From assembly GCA_010093605.1 (NCBI GenBank), contig MU004197.1, forward strand, positions 744,001 through 808,000: DNA of 64,000 bases, given 5' to 3'. Source of the DNA: Lophium mytilinum (Eukaryota). The notes under the pieces are model-generated. The model ran no database searches. It was not told the DNA's origin and saw only the letters and a list, made by a program, of their open reading frames with translations. This document shows positions 13,760 through 25,720 of this stretch, one piece after another (position 1 is the stretch's first letter; each line of letters starts with the position of its first letter). A program made the position numbers and the translations under genes.

Positions 13760-14280
13760 CCCGAAAAGATTGGGTTGGTCTTATACTAAGAAAAAAATAA
13801 GCAGCAAGATAGCCAAAGATATGTGGGTAATCCGGTACTTAAAACATCTCGAGGGGGGCCTTTTACTGGTTTGTGACTGGGAACATTTCGAGTCTTACAT
13901 GACTGCCAAATTCACTGCATTTTAGAGTAAGGGAAGTAGTGGATAATGGAACACCCGAAACTCAATCCTCGACCGAAATGGCAAAGCTAGGTGAAGACAA
14001 AGAAAAGCAGGAAGCGGTGAATGATCCGGATTGAGAAATTTTGGTAGGCGTGCCGGCCTTGAAACAATTTGGCAAGCAAAAAGTGTCTAGACCGCCGTTC
14101 TGTAATACCATATCTCTCTTACCATTCACGTCATGTACGACTATCATCGTTCCACGCCGTCGGGCGCATCCCGATGCATGTAGATAAGAGGAGAAAGCTC
14201 TCCCGCAGGCATGGTCATTGTGCTCAACGTCTCTCTATGCGTCAACTGTTCTCTCTTTTCAGTATCTGATATTATCCAGA

Positions 14281-15174
14281 ATGCGTTTCCTCTGCCTGCA
14301 TGGTTTAGGTACCAACAGTGAAGTGATTATCACCCCTCCATTACCAGACGCTGTCGATCACCGAGAATTAGCTGACGAGAGTATTAATTAGATATTCTCA
14401 GCCCAGACAGGTATGCAACCACAAAAAGAACCGACGACATGTCCACGGCTCATGCTCCGCGCCGCAATCTAGTGTCTCTCCGCTACGAGATGGAAGACGG
14501 CCACGCGTTCGATTTTGTGGAAGGCACCATCCCTGCATCTCCCGCCCCAGGTACGTAGAGTAACACCAACTCCGGCCCGAAGTGGCCGGACTGACTGGCC
14601 CCGCTTATACCAAATAGAGACAAAGTCGTACTATCCCGATGCGGACGCACACTTCAATTACTTCGACCTGGACTCTGTGGAGAGCATGCAACGAGCGTTG
14701 AAGCAGCTCGACGACTATGTCGAGTTGGAAGGGCCATACGATGGTGTCATTGCGTATTCGCACGGCGCCGCACTCGTAGCTACCTACATTGCTGGTCAGA
14801 CATTGGGATTGGGGCTGGATGAGTATGGTGCACCCCAAGCTCACACTCGCCCTCCCTTCAAGTGTGCCATTTTCATATCGGGGGCCCGCCCGGCTGATCC
14901 AACAGTTTTGCAACGGGGTGAGCTTCGTCTGCTCAATGCGGAGCAGGACGGTGTTCTACTGCATCTGCCTACGGCGCATATTTGGGGCACCAATGACAGT
15001 TTGTACCCCGATACCAGTCAGTACCTCAGCCAGCTGTGCGATTCAGAATCCAGAGCCGTATTTCTGCATGAAGAGGGCCATAATGTACCGGGCGGAAAGG
15101 CGCGGGAGGCTGTGCTTGGAGCTAGCAAGGCCATTCGGCGCACTATGGACAAGGCTATGGTTGTGCTACAATGA
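14281..15174 (+). CDS. FSH1/LovG-family serine hydrolase (probable trans-acting polyketide-releasing esterase), spliced
   Basis: First exon MRFLCLHGLGTNS at 14281; GPYDGVIAYSHGA nucleophile elbow, PPFKCAIFISG, PTAHIWGTND, HEEGHNVP; divergent from the PKS. Confidence 0.93.
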
Positions 15175-15422
15175 TTCTGTTGAGGATAAGCGTTATAGTC
15201 ACACCATATATGTCAGGGGACCCTGTACGGATGGTGCTGTGGAACATAGGCGTGAACAAAGGGAACTCACTGAAACATTCAATTTGTAGTGCAATTCCCA
15301 TCGTACGATATAGTTGCATCATCCCGAAGCTGACACGTCCCGCCTGCATGATGACTGGGAAAGGATTCGTGAAGCATTGCAAATATTTGTCTACGTCGCT
15401 TTGCTGCTCGGCCCCAACCCTT

Positions 15423-17452
15423 TCACGCTATCCATCCCCTATTCGACCAATTGCGATTCCAGCCTAGACCTACTGCCAGGATTTGCGCCGCGGCGAAAGC
15501 TATGATAGTAGCATCCTGCAAGTTGTAGGCCTTGGCAAGCTCCCGAATAACTTCCACTCGCACAGATGGTGGGAGGCTCTTCAAACCCTCGGTACTTTGG
15601 AGAAAATCGGATAGCGTCGTGGGGTCCAGAATGTTCGCTAGCCCGGATTTGACTCGCTCATTCCAAACGTTGGATGCGATGGCGATTCCAATGACCCCTC
15701 CCAAAAAGCGGAATTGGATGACGGCCCCTGACGCAATCGCTATGAGAGCATCAGCAACGTATCTGTGCGTTCTAGCACTGTCAAGACTCACATAAGTTCT
15801 CTTGACCCGCCATGAATGGTGTGGCGAGCACCAAAATGCCGAAGGACATTCCCATGCCGGCTCCAGCTATCGCCGCATATCCGTAACCACTATTAGGGAA
15901 CTCGCTAGTCGTGGGGAGCGTCGTTAGTAAGGCCAAGCCAATTGTCTGTAGTCCTGCTCCGATAAGTAAGACGTAGGCTACTGGTAGACGTCGTTTAGAG
16001 CCAAAGACGTTTGCGAGGACAGCGCCAAACGCTGCGCCAAAGGTGTATGGAAGCAAATGAATTCCGGCCTTCAGAGCACTTTCTCCAGAAACGACCTGCA
16101 ATCGCTGTGGAAGAAAAATGACAACGACGTTGAATGGGACACCTGCAAGAAAACTAGATCTATCATGGCGTCAGCGAAGTGAAAGTGGTTATTTTTAATT
16201 GGGCGCTGTCGAAGTCTTACAGAAGCGTGGCAGCCCACACACGATCGCTGACGAACAGCCAAGGAAGGAGTGGTTCTTGCCCTGTTCTCCCTTGGGATAC
16301 ATACCACTCCCAAGCAAAGAACAAGATCCAGCTAATCCCAGACAGGACCAAGAGAGCTATTGTTCCCCCATTGGACCATCCAAAGCGAAGTGAGACTTCG
16401 ATGAGAACAGATGATAACAGCAGGGACCCAGCCAATAGAAGTATAGCACCAACAAAATCGATCTTTTGAAGTCCTTTGGAAGAGAAGGTAGGCATGCGTC
16501 TATCGATGGGATGGTGATCTGGCGCGTGGAATGGGAAGCCCCGTGGTACGGCGAGGGCTAAAATTGCCAGGACAAAGACACCGACGGGCAAGCTAGATGA
16601 TTGTCAGGTGCAGCACGATTTGATTTGTGGATTGCTTACTTCAGGTAGAATACCCATCTCCAAGTGGTGTGGCTACTGATCAGACCGCCGAGAAGCGGGC
16701 CCAACAAAGTCGCCATCGCAACCGACACCGAGTTTATTGCCCCGTACAATGGTAACTTACTTTTGGGGACCATCTCATACGTGAATAAGGTAGACATGGA
16801 GTAGCATCCCGCCCCACCAACGCCTTGAAAAGTTCGGCAAATAATGCTGTAGCCGCGTTACCATGTTGCTCGGTACTGAAGAAAGATGGGGTGGTATATG
16901 AATGTTGAGCTTACAGCTGGGTCATGGTCTGACAACCTCCGCAAGCGCCAGAGAAGGCCGTGAAGATGAGCATGCTGGCGAAGAAGGTAGTCTTGCGACC
17001 AAAGACGTCGCTGAGCTTGGACCATAATATCATGAAACCTGTGAGGTGTAAGAAGCGGCTACGGACGTGCAGTACTTGACCTGAAAGAATTCGTCTCTTA
17101 CCCATGTACGTCACCAAGTATGCGCTCACAATCCAGCTAGTCTCGCTGAAACCATTGAGATCCCTTACAATAGCAACGAGAGAGGTGCTGACGATAGTAA
17201 CCTCAAGATTGATCACGAGTAGTGCAAGGACGACACTAGATCTTCGGTCAACAAGCTGCACAGCGCTAATTCTTCCAGCCATCATAGAAGTACGTACGCC
17301 AGGGTCGTCAAGTGTAATCGCCAGCCAAAGAGGTAAGAGAGCTGGCGCTCTCCCAACATAGGAGCCGCTTCGCCATTATCCGTTTCGACGTCGCTTCGAG
17401 CGTTGGAGATTCGAGGCAGCTCCATGGGCTGCTCGCCGGCCTTTGAGTTCAT
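15423..17452 (-). CDS. MFS drug:H+ antiporter-type efflux transporter, spliced
   Basis: LEVTIVSTSLV, WIVSAYL, KLSDVFGRK, IICRTFQGVGG, TWRWVFYL, IDFVGAILL, ESALKAGIHLLP across exons. Confidence 0.93.
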
Positions 17453-17957
17453 TGCATTCCTTGGTCTTGGTGGTTCTGGGTGTCGTGAGATGAGGGGGCG
17501 GGGGAGGAGGGGGTCGTTCGGTGAGCAGGAGGTCGTTCGGTGAGCGAGCATGTGCATTGATCTTTAAGCAAGAGAGGGTGAAACAAGCTTTGGGGCGCCG
17601 TCGCGGGAGCGGTTAAAACGCCACCAACGGTCGCCTATCACGGGAGGCGCACGGATTATATGCATTGGTTGGCCCTTAGCTGCAGTGTCACGAAGAAGGC
17701 AGAGCCCACTATGGCTCGGCCTTCGCGGCTTCATAGATTTGTCTCTACGATGCGGCAGCCCTTTCCTTGACACTGTATCAGAATGTTTTTTGATGTATCC
17801 AAATCTACCTATTCATCCGCTTGAATTTGTTCTGAAATAGCTCAAACGGTCAACGTTCAAACGCTACGCGACTGGAATGCATCCCTTGCACTTAGGCTCC
17901 GCCACCTCTATCTAGCTTAAAACTCAACTGCCCGCTCCTCCATACTACTCCCAAATC

Positions 17958-19095
17958 CTAATGCATGATGATAGTTCTCTCTTCGTCCTCGGTTTTGCGA
18001 GATCGGTGGGATTGGTCGTTGTCTGAGCTCTGCGACTCAATCTTGACCATCCGATGAGAGTCCAATCGTGATTGTGGAAAAGACGAAGTAGTTGTCGTGC
18101 GTTTAGATAGCAACGACGAAAGCTGCGACTTATCCCAAACCCGAGCGACAACGGGCTTCAAGCAAACGAGACAGGCTGCGATGAGATATAGTCCTGGCTC
18201 GATGATGGAAAGGACGATAAGCCTTGTCGCAGTCCACGTGCCGTCCTTTGCGAAATCTCTGGTGAAGAAGCCGACGAATCGGATGATGGCTGTCACTACT
18301 CCACTGGAGGCATGTGTCAGTTTGTGATCATCCCTTATTGGAGAGGAAATACGGACATGGAACCTGTTGCAAAGGTGATTGCCAATCCTGCCTTTACGTT
18401 CCTTGAGACATGAAGCTTAAGAATGACAGGAACCGGTAGGCCCAGCATGATTAGGTCAGTCAGAATGTTCATTAACGAGCTCCATCGATACCAAGCATCG
18501 ATGTCGATACAGTGACCGCCTCCGGGAAGTTTCGGATTCCAAAGGTACTCCAAAGGGACGCAGATGACGAATGCTGGAACCATAGATCCGATGCAGTTCG
18601 CTACGATGAGGCCCGCCGTTATCCAGCAGACCACACGGTGAATGGGTTCGCTGAAGATTCGAAGATACAGGCAGAGGATGCTGAGTTTCGGCATGGCGAT
18701 GGCAGGGAGATACATGAGTGGAATGATGAAGGTGAACTTGGCCCATGTCTCTAGCTTCCAAGGCGTGTTCTTTGCTACGGCAACGACATGATAGCCTACT
18801 CCGCCCGCATAAACGTCGACTTAATAAAAGTCAGACCAGTGGTCGAGCAGATCCTTTTGAAGATGTCTACATTACCTAGACAAGCCGCAATGACAGCATA
18901 AGAGAAGATGGCGGCGGCTACGATGAAGGCATCGTCCCATCCCCAAGGAGCCCTTTTCATAGTTCGAGAGATGAAGCGCAGGCATACGAAAATGAAGTGA
19001 AGCACGATAAAAATTGAGGCGCAGACGATGACGCTGTCACCATTATACTCTGCTAGGTACTCGGGCGAGTAATGTGGCTCGGAACTGTTTTCCAT
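17958..19095 (-). CDS. PTH11-like / fungal rhodopsin-domain integral membrane protein, spliced
   Basis: FVCLRFISR, WGWDDAFI, KLSILCLYLRIF, CVPLEYLWNP, NILTDLIMLGLPVP, IIEPGLYLIAACL. Confidence 0.9.
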
Positions 19096-19435
19096 GTTAG
19101 TGATTATTCACCAATAGAAGGCCAGGAAAGGAAGGATGAAGCCTCAAGAGACGAAGACGAAGGCTGAATATGTGAGAAGGCGGCGCTGCTGACACCCGTG
19201 GCAAGGGAGCGGCGCCATGGAGGAATATACGAAGCGGGGGTGTCTCGAATGCATCCCAGCGGCATGTACTCCCTCAATTAATTTTGACTAGAATTGGGAT
19301 GTGTTGGTGTCACGGTGTTAGGCACCCAGTGTCAGGCACCCAGCTTGGTCGGGGCTCACGACCTCGGGACTTGATAAACCTCAACATCAAACTTAGAGTT
19401 CTCCTTCGACTCTCCACAACCTTTGAGCAACAATA

Positions 19436-21235
19436 ATGGCCGATAAATTGAGCCCCTGGCCATCTGCCCGTCACAGTCTTGTTGTCCATCATGTCGATCG
19501 AATCGCCAAAGACCACCCCGAAACTCCGTACGCCGAGTATCCGCGCTCGCCCACATCGTTCACCGAGGGCTTTCGCACAGTATCATACCGCGAACTTGGA
19601 AATGCAGTCAATGGCTTCGCCTGGTGGATCGAGGATCGTCTAGGTAAAGGCGATGCCTTCCCTACGTTGGTCTATCTTGGTCCCCACGATCTGCGCTTCA
19701 TCATCTTCGTTTTGGGGGCGGTCAAGGCGGGCTATAAGGTAAGCTTGCAGTTCCACAACATGCTCACTTTGCATAATCGGGCTCACTCACCGGCGTCCAG
19801 ATGCTCTTTCCGGCACCACGTTACAGTGCAGAGGCTATCTCGGCCTTAATAGTCCAACTCGACGGCAAAATCATGCTCACGCCTGCCAGCCGTCCAGCTA
19901 TCACGGACATGGTTCTAGCCAAACACGAAATGGAAGTCCACCAAGTTCCAGAATTGGATGAGCTCCTCGACCAGGTCCATCCCCATTACCCCTACGACAA
20001 GACATTTGAAGAAGCGCTCGCCGAGCCACTCGTGGCGGTGCATACCTCAGGCACAACTGGGTTTCCTAAACCGATCATTTGGACCCATGAGTGGGCCGAT
20101 AGCTTTGGCGCCGAACGATATTTGCAGCCGCCGGCCAACTTTGAATCCATGGACGGACATATCTTGGGGACACGTGTGTTCAGTCTGATGCCTACCTTCC
20201 ATGTAAGTCCCAGCCGCTGGGATACAAGCTGCGAGCTAACGTAGGGGACAGGCGTCACACTTGTTCGCAAGCATTTTCTTTTCAATCTATCGGGGTACGG
20301 TGTTAATCTACCCCTTGTCCGGCATGCCACCCTCGGCAGCCATGGTTGCAGATGCACTACGTTACACAAAGGCGGACGTTGTCGCACTACCGCCCCCTTA
20401 CTTGGAAGAGATGGGCGCCAATCCAGAGACGCTCCAACGGATCTCTGACCAAGTCGAATATGTCATGTGGGCCGGGGGCGACGTGTCTGTTGCAGCCGGG
20501 GACGCCGTAAACGCCAGGATGAAGCTCTTCACGACCTGCGGTTCCACCGAATGTGGACTGTGGCCCCTACTCGGGCCTGCCGTTTGGAACGCAGATCAAT
20601 GGCACTACATGCGATTCCATCCCGCGATGAACATGCGACTTGACCTCTCCTCGGAAGCCGAGGGCATCTACGAGGCCATCATCCAACGCAACGAAAATCA
20701 CAACGACACGTATGTGCAACCCATTTTCAGGCTCTTCCCCGACCTCGAGGAGTACGGAACTGGTGATCTCTTCCTTCGCCACCCTTCGGATTTGGATCTT
20801 TGGCGGTATCACGGCCGCGCCGATGATCTGCAAACATTCTCGCTCGGGGGGAAGTTCCATCCCACAGCGCTGGAGCAGCGCTTGACTCAGCATCCTGATG
20901 TGCACGAGGCTATGCTGGTAGGGACCGGGTTTCCACGAGCTGCTTTGCTCCTTCGTTTGAAAGAGAGCTGCTCAAGTGATGGTCTTACGAACGTTTGGCC
21001 GCTTATCGAAGAATCGAACAGGACGTGTCCGGCGTATGCCATAATCTTAAGGCAGCTTGTGTATTTGGTTGACCCAGACAAGCCTTTTCCAAGGACTGTC
21101 AAAGGGACCGTGCAGCGAAAAGTCACTGTCGAGTTGTATCTAGAAGAGCTGCAAAGATTATTCAAAGAGCCTAACGGAAAGTCCCTTGCACCGCCCTCGG
21201 CATTCTCGCTCCTCACAGAAAACAACAACAAATAA
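19436..21235 (+). CDS. Adenylate-forming enzyme of the NRPS-like (carboxylic acid reductase-type A domain) family, A domain only; 2 introns
   Basis: HTSGTTGFPKPI, GSTECG, YGTGDLF, YHGRADD, FPRTVKGTVQR; stops ~30 aa after the terminal Lys motif, with no T or R domain. Confidence 0.9.
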
Positions 21236-21503
21236 AGAGCTTTGGATCATCGGACTGAGCAAATTTGGAGGGGCTGTAGTTTGTGGATAAGTTTGCAGGC
21301 CTCTTAGTTGGATATTTCCGTAGAGTGAACGATCACTTCTTGTGCTCAAGGTAACAAATGAAGTCTATTGATTTCCAGCGTGCATTTATGTCGCCTTTAC
21401 ACAGAGTTCATCTCTTCCGAAAGTCGAACCAATACACCATTGAATCCACCATACCATCCCCGTTATCTACACCTATCCCGTGCTAGCAGCTGCACTCAGA
21501 GCC

Positions 21504-22196
21504 TCACAGCTGAGAAACCGGCCGCTTCGGCGGATGACTCTTCTCCCACTCCGCATGAAGCGCATTCGCCTTCTCCACCTTCTCCTTGATCTGCGCATAC
21601 AGAGCACAATACGGCTCGCCCGCCTTCAAAAGATCCGCCGGCCGACCGGTCGCAAAGTCGACGAACACAACCCAGCCCGCACACTCCGCCACAACAGCCT
21701 GCTGCCGCATCGACCAGATCGTCGTAGTAGTGAAGTAGCGATCCGACCGCATGTCGCTAAGCCGGTTCCCAACGAGCATCTAGATCCACGCGTTAGTGAA
21801 CGGCTCCTAGAACTATACGAACGCGGCGTGGCTTACTGAGTCCGGATACGCCGCCGGCCGCTTGAGATTGTACGTGTAGCCCTTCAGCACGGGGCCGATG
21901 GCCTTGCCGCGCAGCATGTCGGCGTACTTGTCGCCCATCACGGTGGAGAAGGACTCGAAGAGGCGCATGTTGGCCGTCGATGCGTACTTGGCGTAGATGG
22001 GGTTCGAGACGTGGTTGTTAGGGTCCTGGTCCGAGGACCAATCGATGGGTATCTCGGCCAGGGAGTCGTAGTCGTAGCCCATGTTGACGGCGGTGTCGAC
22101 GGCTTGGGTGCGCAGGGCGTCGTAGGGTGAGGGTGCGCAGGGGTGGTAGTTGGAGGAGGCTTCGAGGGGAGAGTCGAATTTGGTTTTGCCGGCCAT
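21504..22196 (-). CDS. HotDog-fold (4HBT-like) thioesterase; 1 intron (~21780-21835); C-terminal -SQL
   Basis: IDWSSDQDPNNHVSNPIY (D..xHVxN..Y motif), LKRPAAYPDS, WSMRQQAVVAE..VFVDFATGRP. Confidence 0.8.
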
Positions 22197-22699
22197 TGTG
22201 GTGAGGTTGATGGTGTTGATGATTTTGATGGTGTTGATGAAAAGAAGAGGGTGTAGGCGGGATACTGAAGAAGCTGGCTGGATAGATTGCTGGTGAGGAT
22301 GATGCTGTGCCTCTTCCCATAACCGAGCGGTTTGAGCATTAGCGTGTCGGTTAAAGCTGCAAGGCAGCCGTTGATCGACCGGCCGCTAGTCTAGTCGCAC
22401 GGAATCCCGGCAGCCATCCTTGTGACCGCTGAGCACCAGTGAAATCACCCCATTCGGGCCGAGGGCTTTATGCACTGGCACCACCAGTTTTCTGTGCAAC
22501 CTCCTAGCTTTACATGTGAATACACGCGTCAGGGTGGCTGAGTTGTCAATTCCCGCCGTCATTCTGCCCCAGTTCAGAAGTGAAGGAAAGGCGAATTGTT
22601 GAGATGATTATATTGCACGACGGCTACCAATATACACGTAGTTAATAGGCTGGTATAGAGGGGATTAGGACCAACCGTATTCAGCATTGCTAAACCACG

Positions 22700-24587
22700 A
22701 TGCTCGAACGTTCAACGGCCTCGAACTCGACCAAATCTCTAACCATGGCTGCCACGTCCACTTCCTTTGTCTTCATTCTTTCTCTAGCAATAGCTTTCTC
22801 ATTTCTCACGGTAAGCCTGTTTGCTCCATTTAGCTCAAAATATCTCTTTCTTCATACGAGCTAAGGGAAGATAGGTCCTCGGCATTTGTGCCTATCGACT
22901 ATGGTTCCACCCTCTCTCCAAATACCCCGGCCCTTTCTGGGGCAGCATCACCAATCTCCATGCCGCTTACCACTCGTGGAAAGGCGACTTGCATCTTGAT
23001 ATGTGGAGATGCCATGAGAAATATGGTTAGATGAACCACCCCCTACTCTTGCCATTGCTGAGTCATTTTCAAGGTGACCACGTACGTTACGGTCCCAATC
23101 GCCTCATATTCAACACTGCCGAGTCTATAAAAGGTAAGTCATGAAACCAACTTTTGCTTCCTCTAGTTCCGACATAGGCTGATCGATTACTTTAAGATAT
23201 TTACTCCTCTGGCAAGAATGTGCAAAAATGCAAAGGCTATTTGACCATGATGCATCGAGTCCCCAATACCATTACCCAACGCAATAAGGCTCTTCACGCA
23301 AAACAACGTCGACTCTTGAGTCACGGATTCTCCGACGCTGCACTCCGATCCTATGAGGAGACCATCGATCGCCACATCCAACGGCTTAGCGAGCAACTTG
23401 GCTCCAGTTGCTGCGAATCCGATGAGAGTTGGTCTTGCGTAAGGGATATGTCAAGATGGAGTAGGTAGATTGGAAGACTATAACAAGTATATAGGCGCTA
23501 ATCCAATCTAGCCGGGTACATTACTTTTGATATCATGCTAGACATCATTTACGGTCGTCGGAGTGAGATGGTCACCAAAGAAGACAACAGATATCTCCTT
23601 GAGGCCATCGAGAAATCCAACATCCGAGTTGGCGTTTTGATGCCGCTTTGGTATCTCAAAGGCAGCAGTATTGAGCGATATCTTTTCCCGAGCTCCATTG
23701 TGGCGCGTTACAAATTTCTTACCTTCGTCAAAGCTCTTCTCAAAACCAACGACGATGAAAGAAGTGAGTCTTCAGCGAGGAAGAGTGTATACTCGATCAT
23801 GAAGGGATCGGAAGATAAGGAGGGCCTCGGACCGAATGAGATTGCTGCGGAGTCAACGAACCTAATCGTAGCAGGTAGGTTCCCTTCACTACTTTTCACA
23901 TTTGTGCTTCTACTGACACGCCAGGGTCTAGGCTCCGACACAACCTCCACCGTTCTCGCCGCCGCCTTGTTCTACTTATCTCGGACTCCCACAGTATATG
24001 CGAAGGTAGCAGCCAAAATCCGGTCTTGCTTCCACCGCCCTATCGACCTCCAAAATCGCTCCCTCCTGCATTCATGTCTCTACCTCCGGGCTTGCATTGA
24101 AGAGAGCATGCGTATGGCGCCACCGATCGCATCCGCCCTTTTCCGCGAGGTGGAACCCAGTGGCGCCATGATCGACGGCCACTTCATCCCTGCCGGCGTC
24201 GACATCGGCACTTGCATTTACAGCGTCCATCACAACAGTCAGTACTTCACAGACCCCTTCCAATTTATGCCAGAGCGCTGGCTGCCACTGAAAGATGGGA
24301 GCAACAAGGAAGAGGTCCAAAGTGCTCATAGCGCCTTCATGCCTTTCTCGGTCGGTTCACGCAGCTGCATTGGCAAGGCGTTGGCTATGATGGAGCTCCA
24401 AAGCATCCTAGCCAATCTCCTATTCTTCTTTGACTTCCGCGTCGCTGAGGGTGACGTAGGTGCCATTGGTGAAGGGAGCAAAGACGCGGAGTGGGGAAGA
24501 CACCGGGAGGGTGAGTATCAGCTGTATGATCATCTCACAGCGATGAAGTATGGCCCTTTTCTACAGTTTCGTAAGCGTGCGCTGTAG
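22700..24587 (+). CDS. Cytochrome P450 monooxygenase, spliced (start at 22700 or 22745)
   Basis: N-terminal TM helix, [28 protein letters not shown]-helix split by an intron, EESMR (ExxR), [14 protein letters not shown] heme motif. Confidence 0.96.
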
Positions 24588-24979
24588 ATGACGGCGCCGC
24601 ATATCTCCGAACATACTTTCGATGGCTCGGCAATCAGGCAGTTCTAGATTACTAGCATCTATAGAGCAGGTGTCAGAGGCGGCATCCGTCATCTACCTCG
24701 AATGAGACTTATGAAACTATCACACTTGCATTTTCCCTCTCGGCGGCTGCCGAGATGTCTTGATTAGTCTATGATCCCTGTCGACGACCCTGGGAAGAAT
24801 GGCGCCTGCGCGGGCCGGTCCGCCCGATCGGCCTCCCTGCTAGCATGGGAGATCCCTTTTGCAGATCGAAAGTCAAGCCCCTAAGTATTTGAAACGAAAG
24901 AGCCGGAAAGATGGAATATGTCGGCCGGATACCCTCCGCGGTCGCTGAGAGGAGCCCGAAATCACATTCGCCGTACCAG

Positions 24980-25472
24980 AGATACGTGAAAGACGTTTGA
25001 TAGAAATAAATTTATGAAGTAATTGACCTATATCGCACTTTTGAGAGTCTAATCCTGATCGCTTGATACCGCTGTAAGGGGTGCCCCCGTCTAACTTATT
25101 AGCTCCGTCAAAAGGTAGTCCAATTTCCACTGCGTTGGCCTTTACATGGTCTCTGGAAAATTGAAAGCTTGTTGAGGTACCCCAAGCAGCCGCAAGAGGT
25201 GTCCAAGCGTAGGAGCCTAGGTCCACAATCACGGCACTAAAGATACCTGAAATACGTTTGTTAAAAGAAACGTTATGAGGTAGTTGAGCTTTATCGAGCT
25301 CCTTGTGTTCCGCTCTTGATCGCTGGACACCGCTGTGACGGGTGCCTCCGTCTACTTACTAGCTTCGTCAAAGGGTAGTCCAATTCCCACTTCGGCGGCC
25401 TTTACATCGTATTTGGAAAGTTGAAATCTTGTTGAGGTACCCCAAGCAGTGGCAGGAAGTGTCCAAACGTAG
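24980..25472. repeat. Diverged tandem duplication, period ~260 bp (24980-25212 / 25241-25472)
   Basis: Shared blocks such as CTTGTTGAGGTACCCCAAGCAG, GGTAGTCCAATT and GGCCTTTACAT occur in both copies. Confidence 0.9.
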
Positions 25473-25720
25473 ATTGATTTGAACATGATCTTGCATTGAA
25501 GTGAATGAGGATGTTGATACATGTAATAACTGGCAGTAGCCATGGCTATGAAAGAAGAGTAATTAACACCAAATGCAGAAGTCTCTTCGTACAATTAAGT
25601 TAGAGCTTGCGCTTACGGTAAGTCTTATCTTTAAAGTTAAAAAGCCAGCTTACATCCACTCGCTGTATATAAAGCAATCCATCAAAGGCGGTTATGTTCG
25701 CCGCTTATATGTAAGATAGG

